A stretch of DNA of 64,000 nucleotides from Candidatus Latescibacterota bacterium (GCA_965219455.1 OZ244744.1:3200001-3264000), one strand, 5' to 3'. Counted from the first letter of the stretch, positions 1 through 10,496 are shown. The notes: a model not told the origin generated them from the letters alone. Translations and numbers: made by a program.

Positions 1-25
1 CCCCGAATGGAGAGGTCCGAGGCGA

Positions 26-781
26 CTATTTCAGGCAGAACCCGCCGTCTACCTTCAGAATCGTACCCGTGATGTAATCTGCTGCGTCAGAACACAGGAA
101 CGTGGCCGCTTTTCCCAGGTCTTCAATGGTGGCCAGCCTGCCCCAGGGCAGTCCTTCGGCCGCCTCCCTGATCTGCTCGTCGGTGGCGAATTGCCGTTCG
201 CCGGGCGTGTCGGTATATCCGGGTTCGATCACGTTCGCGCGGATCCGATGCGGCGCCAGTTCGGCCGCTATGGTCCGGCACATCTGGTTGATGCCGGCCT
301 TGGCCGTATTGTACGGCAACGACGTCTGCATCGGGACCTCCGCCAGCACGGAACTGATGAACAGGATGCTGCCGCCTCCGCCCTGGTCCACCATCTGCCG
401 GGCGCCGGCCTGGGCCGTATGGAAGCTGCCCCACAGACAGACCTCCCACGTCCGCCGGACAGCCTGCGTGGACAGTTCCAGAAAGGGCTCACGTTTGCTG
501 TAGTAGGCATTGCACACAACAATATCCAGCCGTCCGAAACGGCTTACGGTTGCGTCAACCATCCGATTCACCGCCGCCCGATCCGACACGTCAGCCTGCT
601 CGACCAGCGCTTCCCGACCCAGTGCGCGGACCTCGTTCGCGACGGTCTCCGCGTCTTCGGGATGCGAATGGTAGTTCACCACAATATCGGCTCCGGCACG
701 GGCCATCTCCACCGCGCATCCGCGTCCGATGCCCCTGGAAGACCCGGTTATCAATGCCACCTTACCTGTCATATCAACCAT
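26..781 (-). CDS. SDR family NAD(P)-dependent oxidoreductase (glucose 1-dehydrogenase/FabG-like)
   Basis: TGSSRGIG nucleotide-binding motif, YNTAK (YxxxK) catalytic motif, VDGG C-terminus; start placed at MVDMTGK. Confidence 0.9.
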   Translation of the reverse strand: MVDMTGKVALITGSSRGIGRGCAVEMARAGADIVVNYHSHPEDAETVANEVRALGREALVEQADVSDRAAVNRMVDATVSRFGRLDIVVCNAYYSKREPFLELSTQAVRRTWEVCLWGSFHTAQAGARQMVDQGGGGSILFISSVLAEVPMQTSLPYNTAKAGINQMCRTIAAELAPHRIRANVIEPGYTDTPGERQFATDEQIREAAEGLPWGRLATIEDLGKAATFLCSDAADYITGTILKVDGGFCLK

Positions 782-900
782 AAGGATGCTTCCTGTTCTA
801 TCGTGCCGGGAGTATGGGATCCGGAGGAAAGACGGCACTATCCCTCGTGTTCTGTCTCGGAAATAGATTGCCGAATGGTGAATTATTCTGGGACAGAACA

Positions 901-3900
901 CTAGCTCGAACGGCCGGTTGCCCCCTCGCGCGCATGTACGGATTCGGCGTAAGTGATTCCCTCGGTCCGCTTTGCCCGCTGGTCCTGTGCTTTCTGACGC
1001 CGGGTTTCCCGATGTGTTTCGCTATACCGATCCGGAATTACCAATTCGTCTCCGTGGTCCGGCGCATGGGGCGTAACCCTCCAGAATTTGGGCAGAAACC
1101 TGTCCCACCGGGTGATAATGGCGCTTGCTCGCCGGCTGTTGGTTTTTTCAAGGTGCCGTCCGATCATCTTTTTCAGCAGGCTGACGTCGCCCGGCTGGTC
1201 CACACGCCGGATGGCGACGAGTTGCGGGTTGTATCGATTCTCAAACGACCCCTCCTCGTCCAGCACATACGCGGTTCCGCCCGTCATTCCGGCGCCGAAG
1301 TTCCGTCCGGTGCTTCCCAGCACAACCACCACTCCGTCGGTCATGTACTCACACCCATGGTCTCCCACACCCTCCACCACGGCGTGACCGCCGCTGTTAC
1401 GCACGCAGAATCTCTCACCCGCACATCCCGCAGCGTAGAGCACGCCTCCGGTGGCGCCGTACATTACCGTATTGCCAACGATGGCATTCCTGTGGCTCGG
1501 AAACCCGGCGTTGCCCGGCTGCCGCACAATGAGTTCTCCACCGTGCATGCCTTTACCGACGTAGTCGTTGGCCTCACCGGTCAGGACCAGCCGCAGCCCA
1601 CGTATGCAGAAAGCCCCGAAGCTCTGACCCGCACTGCCGCGGAAGCGGCATTCGACCGTACTGTCAAGGCCGCGGTCTCCATAATGAAACGCGATCTCTC
1701 CGGCCAGCTTGGCGCCAACCGCGCGCCTCGTGTTCTGAATATCGTAACTCAGCGTAATCGAGCTGTTCTCCTTGATCGCATCCATTGCATCTTGTAGCAG
1801 CAAGTCGTCAATTGACGCATCGGGCCGGTCGTTACGCTCCCGGGTATGCAGCCTCGGCCGGGTGCCGGCCGGATCCGGATCGGCCAACAGATCGCTCAAG
1901 TCGATTCCGCGCCACCGGTGTTTCTTCGGGTCGACCCTGGCTTCCAGAATCTCTGTCCGGCCAATCAGGCTTTCCAGCGACCGATATCCCAGCCCCGCGA
2001 TGACCTCCCGGACCTCACCCGCCAGGTTGGTAAAATAGCGGATCACATTCTCCGGCGAGCCGTTGAATTTTTCCCGCAATTCCGGCTTCTGCGTGGCCAC
2101 ACCAACGGGACAGGTATTCAGGTGACACTGCCGGGCCATCACGCAACCCATGGCCACCAGGGCCGCCGTACCGAATCCGTACTCCTCGGCCCCCATTACC
2201 GCCGCGACCACCACGTCTCTGGCTGTTTTCAATCCGCCGTCCACGCGGAGCACAACTCGCCCGCGCAGGTCGTTCATCACCAGCGTCTGCTGGACCTCCG
2301 CCAAACCCAGTTCCCAGGGTCCGCCCGAATGTTTGATGGCGCCCAGGGGCGAAGCGCCGGTACCGCCGTCGTGCCCGCTGATGTGTACCACGTCCGCGTA
2401 CCCTTTGACCACGCCCGCCGCGATTGTGCCGATGCCCGCCACAGAGACCAGTTTGACGCACACTTTTGCCCGGGGGTTCACCCGTTTCAGATCGTAAATT
2501 AATTGTGCAATGTCTTCGATACTGTAAATGTCGTGATGAGGGGGCGGTGAAATCAGCGTAACGCCGGGAACGGAATGCCGGATCAGCGCGATTTCCGCGG
2601 AAACCTTGTGCCCCGGCAACTGCCCGCCCTCGCCAGGTTTGGATCCCTGCGCCATCTTGATTTCCAGTTCCTTGGCCGACGCCAGGTACTCGGGTGTGAC
2701 GCCAAACCTGCCGGAAGCCACCTGTTTGATGGCGCTGTTGGGCCAGTCCCCGTTGGGCAGCCGTCGATACCGGGCCGGATCTTCCCCGCCCTCCCCGCTA
2801 TTGCTCTTGGCGCTAATGCGATTCAACGCAATGGCCAGCGTTTCGTGCGCCTCGCGTGAAAGCGCCCCGTGCGACATCGCCGAGGATACAAAGCGCCGGC
2901 AGATGGCGCCAACCGGCTCGACTTCATCAAGCGGGACGGCGTGTCCCTCTCGAAATGCCATCAGATCCCGTAGCGAAGCCGCGGGCCGACCCTCCACCAG
3001 CCGGGAATAAGCCGTAAAATCCTCATAATTTCCGGTTTTGGCCACACTGTGGATGGCCTTGAAAACCGGGGGGTTGAAGGCATGGTACTCGCCGTCCCGC
3101 CGGAACCGATAGATGCCCGCGTCTGTCATCGCGGGAGACCCCTCGGGCTGGAACGCCAGCAGGTGTCTTTCGACCGCATCCTCGGCAATTTCCGCCAGTC
3201 CGATCCCGCCAACCTGGGATACCGTACCCGAGAAATACCGGTCCACCACGTCCGAATGCAGGCCGATGGCGTCGAAAATCTGCGCCCCGCAATAGCTGCT
3301 CAGCGTGGAAATGCCCATCTTGCAAATCACCTTCAGGATACCCGCCTCCAACGCGCGCCGGTAGTTGTGCAGCGCTTTCGCGCAGGTGATCTCGCCTTCC
3401 AGCCTGCCGGTCCGGATCAGTTCGTACAGATTTTCGTATACCAGATAAGGATTCACGGCGCTGGCGCCGTACCCGATCAGGGCGGCGATGTGATGCACTT
3501 CCCTGGGCTCGCCCGATTCCACGATCAGGCTCGCCTGCATCCGCTTCCCTTCCCGGATAAGATGATGATGTACGGCGCCCACGGCCAGCAGCATGGGGAT
3601 GGGCGCCTGGTTCGAATCCACGCCGCGGTCGCACAAGATCAACAGGGTCTTGCCGGACTCGACCGCGCGCACCGCCTGTAGACACATTCTGTCCAGCGCA
3701 CTTCGCAGGCCCTCGACGCCCTCCGATGGAACGAATAACGCGGGCAGCTTTTCGGCTTCGAACCCTGGCAACCCGGAGCCGGAAAGCCGCCGTAATTCAG
3801 AATCCAGCAGCACTGGAGAGGGGATGCGGATCAGGCGTGCGTGCGGCGCCTTCTCTGTGAAGATGTTCCTTCGGCGTCCCAGAAGTACGTCCAGCGACAT

Positions 3901-5508
3901 CACCAATTCTTCCCGCAGGGGATCGATGGGCGGATTCGTGACCTGCGCGAACCGCTGCGTAAAAAAATTGTATAGAAGCTGAGGCCGCTCGGACAACATG
4001 GCCATCGGCGTATCGTCCCCCATGGATCCCACCGGTTCCTTGCCGTCGTTCGCCATGGGTACCAGGACATACTCGGTTTCGTCGGCGGTGTATCCGAATG
4101 CAACCTGCCTCCGCGCCAGTTCCGTCCGCTCTCCAACCGGCATCGGCTCGTTCCGGGTATCCGACTGTTCGAAACAGAACAGGTTGTCCCTCACCCATCG
4201 CCGGTAGGGCCGGCGGACCGCAAAATGGGATTTGATCTCGTCGTTTTTCAACAACACGCCCCTGCGCGTATCCACCGCAATCATCTGTCCCGGCCCCAGG
4301 CGCCCCTTCTCCACGACATGGCGGTCGTCAATCTCCAGCATTCCGACTTCGGAACCCATAACGATCAGACCGCTATCCGTAATTTTGTACCGCGCCGGCC
4401 GCAACCCGTTCCGGTCCAATGTTGCGCCCACGACCGTGCCGTCGCTGAAGGCTACAGCGGCGGGACCGTCCCAGGGTTCCATCAGACAATCGTTATATTC
4501 ATAAAAACCACGCAGATCCTCCGGCATGTCCGGTATTTCCCGGTACGCCTCGGGAATCAGCATCATCATCGCGTGCATCGGATTCCGACCGGCCACGACC
4601 AGCGTTTCAAAGACATTGTCGAGCATCGCCGAATCGCTTCGGGTCGAGTCGATAATGGGCTTGATTCGATCCAGATACCGCCCCCAGGCCCTGGATTTGA
4701 GTTCCGCCTCGCGCGCCCGCATCCAGTTTACATTGCCCTGCAAGGTGTTGATTTCGCCGTTGTGGGCGAGAAATCGGAACGGCTGCGCCAGAAACCAGTC
4801 GGGCAGTGTGTTGGTGCTGTATCGCTGGTGAAAGACAGCCAGCGCGGTTTCGTAGTCGGGATTCTGAAGATCCCTGTAGAACCGGGCAAGCTGCGCGGCC
4901 ACCATCATCCCTTTGTAAACGATGGTTCGGTTGGACAGCGAGCAAATATAGCAACCCTCTATTCCGTGCCGCCGCACAGATCTCTCCACCTGCCGTCGAA
5001 CCAGGTACAGCGCCCGGTCGAACTCCGCATCGGACATCCGCTCTCCCCGGGCGATAAGTACCTGTTGAATATCGGGCATCAACTCCGCTGCCCGGTCGCC
5101 GAGGACGGTCCGGTCCACCGGCACCGTCCGCCATCCAATGAGTACAAGCCCGTAATGATCCGTTGCTTCATCGACGATGATCCGATACCGGTCGTTCGTC
5201 ACCGTGTCCTGAGACAGGAACAGCATGCCGATGGCCAGGTCCTCCGCACGGGGCGCCCTGTATCCCAGACGTTCCGCCTCCCGCACGATCAACCGCCCGG
5301 GGATCTGGGTGAGTACCCCCGCCCCGTCGCCGGTTTTCGCATCCGCGTCCATTGCGCCCCGATGGGTCAAATTGGCCAGCCCAAGCACGGCGTGGCGCAT
5401 GATTTTATCGTTACGGTTGCCTCTGATATCCGCAACAAAACCAACGCCGCATGCATCGTGCTCGAATTCCGGTCGGTACAGCCCGGTTCTGGAGGTTACT
5501 TGCATCAC
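901..5508 (-). CDS. gltB: Glutamate synthase large subunit
   Basis: EHDACGVG N-terminal Ntn cysteine, HNGEINT, IKQVASGRFGVT, QGSKPGEGGQLPGHKV, CVMARQCHLNTCP 3Fe-4S motif, GXGXG C-terminal domain. Confidence 0.98.
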   Translation of the reverse strand: MMQVTSRTGLYRPEFEHDACGVGFVADIRGNRNDKIMRHAVLGLANLTHRGAMDADAKTGDGAGVLTQIPGRLIVREAERLGYRAPRAEDLAIGMLFLSQDTVTNDRYRIIVDEATDHYGLVLIGWRTVPVDRTVLGDRAAELMPDIQQVLIARGERMSDAEFDRALYLVRRQVERSVRRHGIEGCYICSLSNRTIVYKGMMVAAQLARFYRDLQNPDYETALAVFHQRYSTNTLPDWFLAQPFRFLAHNGEINTLQGNVNWMRAREAELKSRAWGRYLDRIKPIIDSTRSDSAMLDNVFETLVVAGRNPMHAMMMLIPEAYREIPDMPEDLRGFYEYNDCLMEPWDGPAAVAFSDGTVVGATLDRNGLRPARYKITDSGLIVMGSEVGMLEIDDRHVVEKGRLGPGQMIAVDTRRGVLLKNDEIKSHFAVRRPYRRWVRDNLFCFEQSDTRNEPMPVGERTELARRQVAFGYTADETEYVLVPMANDGKEPVGSMGDDTPMAMLSERPQLLYNFFTQRFAQVTNPPIDPLREELVMSLDVLLGRRRNIFTEKAPHARLIRIPSPVLLDSELRRLSGSGLPGFEAEKLPALFVPSEGVEGLRSALDRMCLQAVRAVESGKTLLILCDRGVDSNQAPIPMLLAVGAVHHHLIREGKRMQASLIVESGEPREVHHIAALIGYGASAVNPYLVYENLYELIRTGRLEGEITCAKALHNYRRALEAGILKVICKMGISTLSSYCGAQIFDAIGLHSDVVDRYFSGTVSQVGGIGLAEIAEDAVERHLLAFQPEGSPAMTDAGIYRFRRDGEYHAFNPPVFKAIHSVAKTGNYEDFTAYSRLVEGRPAASLRDLMAFREGHAVPLDEVEPVGAICRRFVSSAMSHGALSREAHETLAIALNRISAKSNSGEGGEDPARYRRLPNGDWPNSAIKQVASGRFGVTPEYLASAKELEIKMAQGSKPGEGGQLPGHKVSAEIALIRHSVPGVTLISPPPHHDIYSIEDIAQLIYDLKRVNPRAKVCVKLVSVAGIGTIAAGVVKGYADVVHISGHDGGTGASPLGAIKHSGGPWELGLAEVQQTLVMNDLRGRVVLRVDGGLKTARDVVVAAVMGAEEYGFGTAALVAMGCVMARQCHLNTCPVGVATQKPELREKFNGSPENVIRYFTNLAGEVREVIAGLGYRSLESLIGRTEILEARVDPKKHRWRGIDLSDLLADPDPAGTRPRLHTRERNDRPDASIDDLLLQDAMDAIKENSSITLSYDIQNTRRAVGAKLAGEIAFHYGDRGLDSTVECRFRGSAGQSFGAFCIRGLRLVLTGEANDYVGKGMHGGELIVRQPGNAGFPSHRNAIVGNTVMYGATGGVLYAAGCAGERFCVRNSGGHAVVEGVGDHGCEYMTDGVVVVLGSTGRNFGAGMTGGTAYVLDEEGSFENRYNPQLVAIRRVDQPGDVSLLKKMIGRHLEKTNSRRASAIITRWDRFLPKFWRVTPHAPDHGDELVIPDRYSETHRETRRQKAQDQRAKRTEGITYAESVHAREGATGRSS

Positions 5509-5604
5509 CGCCTTCGTCCTTCCGTGAGAAATGTAGAATTCGGTTTAACGATAGCTGAGTTTGAGGCCGGGCGAAATGATTGTAATGGGTCAGCCCAGGG
5601 TTCC

Positions 5605-5651
5605 GCTCCCCCTCTCCCCGCGGGAGAGGGGGCCGGGGGGAGAGGGGGAGC
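5605..5651. repeat. REP-like palindrome (CCCTCTCCC...GGGAGAGGG)
   Basis: ccccctctccc-cgc-gggagaggggg hairpin; 5605-5619 is also complementary to 5637-5651. Confidence 0.65.
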
Positions 5652-5667
5652 CCGCGGTTCCAAATTC

Positions 5668-5700
5668 AAAATGCCAGGATCGGTTGGATCCTGGCATTTT
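5668..5700. terminator. Intrinsic terminator downstream of the ferredoxin gene (bidirectional layout)
   Basis: aaaatgccaggatc-ggttg-gatcctggcatttt perfect 14-bp inverted repeat. Confidence 0.75.
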
Positions 5701-5738
5701 CTTCACGTCGTTTGAACGAGCGAAGAGATCGGAACGCC

Positions 5739-6002
5739 TTACTCGAACGCTTTTGCATTAATTTCGATGTAATCCTTCCATTCTTCAGGTGTATCCTCTT
5801 CCTCAAAAATCGCCTCAACCGGACATTCGGGTTCGCAGGCCCCGCAGTCGATGCACTCATCCGGATGGATGTACAGCATTTGACGTTGCTCGTCCTCTGG
5901 CAGAGTCGTTGCTTCGGGCTCGTAGATACAGTCGACCGGGCAGACCTCGACACATGCCCTATCCATCACGTCCAAGCATGGTTCGGCGATAATGTACGTC
6001 AT
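5739..6002 (-). CDS. 7Fe (3Fe-4S/4Fe-4S) ferredoxin, FdxA-type
   Basis: MTYIIAEPCLDVMDRACVEVCPVDC...IHPDECIDCGACEPECP; strongly acidic. Confidence 0.93.
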   Translation of the reverse strand: MTYIIAEPCLDVMDRACVEVCPVDCIYEPEATTLPEDEQRQMLYIHPDECIDCGACEPECPVEAIFEEEDTPEEWKDYIEINAKAFE

Positions 6003-6158
6003 TCTTCTCACCCCTTTCCTTGAGTCGGCCTACACGTCCCTCATCTTGGAACATTAGAACACAGGTTCACGAGATCGAATCCATTCGATAGGGCAGATAT
6101 CGGATATTCTCGCGAAGTCCACCTCTCTGCAACGCCATTCCGCGTTAATCTCATCCGA

Positions 6159-6186
6159 AATATAGAACTTTCTTTCCGTTTGTCAA
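6159..6186 (-). promoter_or_regulatory. Putative sigma70 promoter for the ferredoxin gene
   Basis: TTGACA-N16-TATATT on the minus strand. Confidence 0.55.
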
Positions 6187-6197
6187 GCTACAAAAAG

Positions 6198-6779
6198 CTA
6201 ACAATCCCCATTGAGATGCCGCAGCAAATCAGCGACGCTTTCCCGGCCGCCTGAATTGATTTTGAGGGTGAATCGCTTTCCGGGGTTCGAATCGCGCTCG
6301 ATGGCAATGTCGGCGCCATCAAATAGTCTTTTCAGCACGTGGTTCAGGTCCGCCCTTACCGAGGCATGCGTTTCCTCTGAATTGGGGGCCAACAACCGGT
6401 CGTTCAATGCAATGAGAACTTCATCCGTCCTGAATTTCGCGCTTCCGGCCAGTATGGAATCCCGTTCGAGCTTCTCGCAGGCCGTTAGCGCCGAAACGAA
6501 AGCCTTCCGCAGCCGGTCGGCGAAGTTTCCGCTGGACGGCTGCTTGCGGTCGTACAGGAGACCCGTTTTTCCATCTGTGCGGTCGATACTATAATTCGCC
6601 GCGTGTCCGACCAGCAGCGTTACCGGGCCCCGGTGCACGTGGCTATAATCCGCCACATCCACGAGTACCTCGTCTCTGGTCTCGGGTATCCAGGTGTTGA
6701 ACACCCGGAACCAGGTTTCCGGGGCCACATCCTGACCGGTCTCGAGGTAGAATTTGATCTGAATTCTAAACGCGTTCAT
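6198..6779 (-). CDS. Hypothetical protein downstream of the sulfite/nitrite reductase
   Basis: 193-aa ORF co-oriented with the reductase; globular-looking sequence with DVADYSHV...GH...GLLY motif. Confidence 0.75.
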   Translation of the reverse strand: MNAFRIQIKFYLETGQDVAPETWFRVFNTWIPETRDEVLVDVADYSHVHRGPVTLLVGHAANYSIDRTDGKTGLLYDRKQPSSGNFADRLRKAFVSALTACEKLERDSILAGSAKFRTDEVLIALNDRLLAPNSEETHASVRADLNHVLKRLFDGADIAIERDSNPGKRFTLKINSGGRESVADLLRHLNGDC

Positions 6780-6840
6780 AGGTCGGAAACGTAAATCAGG
6801 TAATCCTGTTCCGGTGGCAGGCCAGGCTGGTGTCGGGAGA

Positions 6841-9096
6841 CTAATTGGTGACGACGTTCATTCGCCCGTAGCAGGCATACGCGGCTTCGATAAAAAGCTG
6901 CGTTTCCTCAATGAACCGGTGCGCCAGGTCTTCACTGTAGGATTCCACGTTTCGCCTCTGGGCGAGAAAGAGATAATTGGCGAACTTGCCACGGGTGACA
7001 GGATTGTCGTGCAACAAACCCGTATCGACGATACGGGTGCGAAATTCCGACACGATCGTTTCCGGATCTTCCGGAACATCCAGGAATTGCGATTTTACCA
7101 GGGCCTTGGCGGCGTGAACCATTGCGCTGTATGCCTGTTTATAAGCCGTTTCATATTGGCCGTTATCCAACAGCACCTGGGCCTCGAAGGCCTCTCGCTC
7201 GCAACTGGAAAGTTCGAACTGGACCAGTGGCACCACCTCGCCGGCGCACTCGCCCTTCCCCATGTCTCCGGTTGTGAACACCCGGCTGTCTCCCCAATCC
7301 ATATAGTACGAGGAGTCGATCTCGTAGGGCGGCACGTCGGTGAGGTCGTCCAGCATGCGTTTCACCTGGACCTTGCCTATCCGGCGCACGTATTCCTGGA
7401 AACTTTCGTCCCTGGTTCGCCCCTGAATGTAGCTCTGGGTGATTCGCGCCACCACGTCGGGGATGCGCTTGGAAGGCACCGCCCCCATTGCCAGTCCGAA
7501 GGTCGCGGCATTGCCGGTCCACTGGCCGCCGAGGACCACCTGAAAATGCGGCACCGTGTAGCCGCTCACCTTGCGACTGATCCCATAGAATCCCAGATCC
7601 GCGACGTGATGCTGCCCGCACGAGTTGAAGCAACCGCTGATTTTGATTCGGAGCCCTTCCACGGCGGCATCCATTTCCAGGCCCTTCTCGGCCAGGCGCG
7701 TGCGCAGTTCACCGGCCAGGCCGCGGGACGACGCAATGCCCAGCTTACACGTATCCGTTCCGGGGCATGCCGTTACGTCCACAATCGTTCCGGCGCCGGG
7801 TTCATTCAATCCGATCTTGGCGAGCGCGTTGTAGAGTTCGGGAAGATCCTGCTTGCTCACCCACCGGAACACGATATTCTGTTCCACCGTGGCCCGGACC
7901 GTATCGTTCACGAAACGCCGGGATATACCGGCGAGGGCTCGCGTCTGATTGGACGTGAGGTCGCCCAGCGGCAGGGTTACCGTAACAACCGCGTAGCCGT
8001 CCTGACGCTGCTGATATACGTTGGTTCGCGCCCACGCTTCGAAGCCATCGGCAACGGCGGCGCCATTCATCGGTTGCGCAATTTTCAACGGTTTTTCGTC
8101 GAATGCGTGCAGGTCCGAAAGAAACGCCGTCCACTCGGGTTCGTCGGGCATGACCTTCCGTTCGTCCTCCACGAGGCGTTTGAACTCCTCCAGGCCCAAT
8201 TTGGCGATCAGGAATTTAAGCCGTGCGCGTGCCCGATTCCGCTTCTGGCCGAGGCGGGCGAACACGCGAGAGATCGCCTGCGACACGGGCAGAAGCTCCT
8301 CTTCGGGCAGGAATTCCTCAAACAGCCTGGCCTGGTGCGGTACGGCGCCCAACCCCCCGCCCACGTAGAACCTGAACCCGCGTTTCGTCCTTCCGTCCAC
8401 AGTCCTCGTCACCGCGATGGCGCCGATATCGTGCATATTCGCAAGCCCGCAGGCCTCGTGTTCGCATCCGGAAAAGGCGATCTTGAACTTCCGACCGAAG
8501 TCCTGCGCGTCTTTGTGCCCCAGCAGGAAATTGGAGCACGCCCGGGCATAGGGCGTCACGTCGAATGTCTCCGTCCGGCACACCCCGGAAAGGGGGCAGG
8601 CCGTCACGTTCCGCACCGTATTGCCGCAGGCTTCGCGGGTTGTGATACCCACCGACGCCAGGCGGTACATCATATCCGGCGTATCGTCGATGTGCACGTA
8701 ATGCAACTGGACGTCCTGACGCGTGGTAATGTGCAGGATCGCATCCGAATACTCCTCCGCCACGTCGGCCAGCATATCCAATTGATCCGCGGTCAGGCCC
8801 CCGAACGGAATCTTGATCCGCTGCATCCCCGGCGCATCCCACACGGTATCCGGCCCCTTCACCAGGTCCTCGCTGGGGAATTCCAGAACCTGCGTATTGC
8901 TCCCGTCGAACCGTTTGCCGTTATCGTAACGCTGCCCGTAAACCCCCCGGCGCAACCGGGTTTCGGCAAAAACGGTATCTTCGATTTTGCCCTGTTTCCG
9001 CAGCTCGATCTGCGTGGCGAATATATCCACTTCCCGGCCCAGTTCGTCGGGTATGCGATCCGCGAGAGCTTCTTTCCAGGTTGTAGATTCAGACAT
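6841..9096 (-). CDS. Siroheme/4Fe-4S sulfite or nitrite reductase with C-terminal HEPN-like extension
   Basis: TTRQ, RKFK, TACPGTDTC and SGCFNSCGQH siroheme/Fe-S motifs; helical tail after GECAGEVV; GGAGG RBS. Confidence 0.92.
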   Translation of the reverse strand: MSESTTWKEALADRIPDELGREVDIFATQIELRKQGKIEDTVFAETRLRRGVYGQRYDNGKRFDGSNTQVLEFPSEDLVKGPDTVWDAPGMQRIKIPFGGLTADQLDMLADVAEEYSDAILHITTRQDVQLHYVHIDDTPDMMYRLASVGITTREACGNTVRNVTACPLSGVCRTETFDVTPYARACSNFLLGHKDAQDFGRKFKIAFSGCEHEACGLANMHDIGAIAVTRTVDGRTKRGFRFYVGGGLGAVPHQARLFEEFLPEEELLPVSQAISRVFARLGQKRNRARARLKFLIAKLGLEEFKRLVEDERKVMPDEPEWTAFLSDLHAFDEKPLKIAQPMNGAAVADGFEAWARTNVYQQRQDGYAVVTVTLPLGDLTSNQTRALAGISRRFVNDTVRATVEQNIVFRWVSKQDLPELYNALAKIGLNEPGAGTIVDVTACPGTDTCKLGIASSRGLAGELRTRLAEKGLEMDAAVEGLRIKISGCFNSCGQHHVADLGFYGISRKVSGYTVPHFQVVLGGQWTGNAATFGLAMGAVPSKRIPDVVARITQSYIQGRTRDESFQEYVRRIGKVQVKRMLDDLTDVPPYEIDSSYYMDWGDSRVFTTGDMGKGECAGEVVPLVQFELSSCEREAFEAQVLLDNGQYETAYKQAYSAMVHAAKALVKSQFLDVPEDPETIVSEFRTRIVDTGLLHDNPVTRGKFANYLFLAQRRNVESYSEDLAHRFIEETQLFIEAAYACYGRMNVVTN

Positions 9097-9323
9097 GGCA
9101 ACGCCTCCTGGTTCCGGATGACAAAGGCGACGGCATCAATCAGGCGGGTAATCTATTGAACTCACCCTGTGAAGTCAACGAAATAATCAGGAAACCAAGG
9201 CCGTCCCGATAGAACGATAATGCTTATTTTGCCCTTCATGGTTCAAGTTTCCTTCAGTGGTTTTTGCGAGGCGAGTCCAATTGTTGAGTATTATGATCAA
9301 GATAATATTAAATAGGATTGCTA

Positions 9324-9351
9324 AATATACGGTGAGAGGAAGCGCTGTCAA
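9324..9351 (-). promoter_or_regulatory. Putative sigma70 promoter upstream of the reductase
   Basis: TTGACA-N16-TATATT in an AT-rich intergenic region. Confidence 0.5.
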
Positions 9352-9357
9352 TAAAAA

Positions 9358-9379
9358 GAGAGAGACAAACGTCTCTCTC
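9358..9379 (-). terminator. Intrinsic terminator after moaA
   Basis: gagagagac-aaac-gtctctctc hairpin followed by a U tract on the minus strand. Confidence 0.65.
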
Positions 9380-9452
9380 CGCCTCAGACATCAAACTCCG
9401 CTGATCGCGGTTTGACAGACCGGCACACGCACATAGCGTTCAGACGTGTCCG

Positions 9453-10496
9453 CTATCCTCCGATCTGGTACATTTCCACCTTGGAAAATGACGGCAATTC
9501 GGCCGTCTCGGCCGTCCGCATCTCCGAGTACCGATCCTGGCGCCCATCCCACATTTCAGAGATCGTCGCCATAATTCCGTCGTCGCTCGCCCCGTCTCGC
9601 AAGGGTTCTCTGAGATCCACGCCGGTTCCGGCAAATAAACAGGTATATACCTTTCCGTCCGTGGACAGCCTCGCCCTGGTACAGTCGCCGCAGAACGGCT
9701 GCGTGACGGAGGCAATGACGCCGATCTCCCCGCTCCCGTCCAGATATCGGAACCGCCGGGCGACCTCACCCGGATAATTCGGCGTCACGGCAGTTACCGG
9801 CATTTCATCGTGGATACGCTGCACGATCTCCGCTGCGGGAACTACCTGATCCAGGCGCCAACCATTTCGGTTGCCCACGTCCATATACTCGATAAACCGG
9901 ACGATATGCCCCGTGCCATGAAAATGCCTGGCGAGATCCACGACGGTGTGGTCGTTCACCCCGCGCTGAATCACCGCGTTGATCTTCAGCGGAGAAAACC
10001 CCGCCTCTTCAGCCGCCCGGATTCCCTCGAGCACCTGCGATACGTGATAACCCCTGCCATTCAACAACTTGAATACGTCGTCATCCAGGGAATCCAGACT
10101 TACCGTAATTCTGTGCAACCCCGCTTCTTTGAGCTCTCCCGCCTTCCGCGGCAACAGGTAACCGTTGGTCGTGAGCGTGAGATCTTCGATCCCGTCAACC
10201 ACCGCCAGCCGACTGATCAGCGCTTCGATTTCCCGCCGGAGCAGGGGCTCTCCGCCAGTGATCCGGACCTTGCGCACGCCGAGACCCACAAAAAGCCGCG
10301 CCAGCCGTTCAATTTCCTCGAACGTCAATATTTCCGCTCGGGGCAGGAACGTGTAGTTTTCCCCAAAGACCTCGGCCGGCATACAATACGGACACCGGAA
10401 GTTGCACCGATCCGTCACCGAAATCCGGAGATCCCTTAGCGGTCTGCCCAATCTGTCAGTCGCAACGTCCGCCATAACGAAAACCACTTCCGCCAT
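9453..10496 (-). CDS. moaA: GTP 3',8-cyclase
   Basis: LRISVTDRCNFRCPYC radical SAM motif, FCGDCTRARL...C auxiliary cluster, C-terminal IGG. Confidence 0.97.
   Translation of the reverse strand: MAEVVFVMADVATDRLGRPLRDLRISVTDRCNFRCPYCMPAEVFGENYTFLPRAEILTFEEIERLARLFVGLGVRKVRITGGEPLLRREIEALISRLAVVDGIEDLTLTTNGYLLPRKAGELKEAGLHRITVSLDSLDDDVFKLLNGRGYHVSQVLEGIRAAEEAGFSPLKINAVIQRGVNDHTVVDLARHFHGTGHIVRFIEYMDVGNRNGWRLDQVVPAAEIVQRIHDEMPVTAVTPNYPGEVARRFRYLDGSGEIGVIASVTQPFCGDCTRARLSTDGKVYTCLFAGTGVDLREPLRDGASDDGIMATISEMWDGRQDRYSEMRTAETAELPSFSKVEMYQIGG

Noticed and set aside
6814-9159. 781-aa plus-strand ORF, and similar long ORFs at 4225-5715, 39296-40861 and 46686-48578
   Set aside because: Antisense shadows of well-supported genes in GC-rich DNA, with no recognisable motifs
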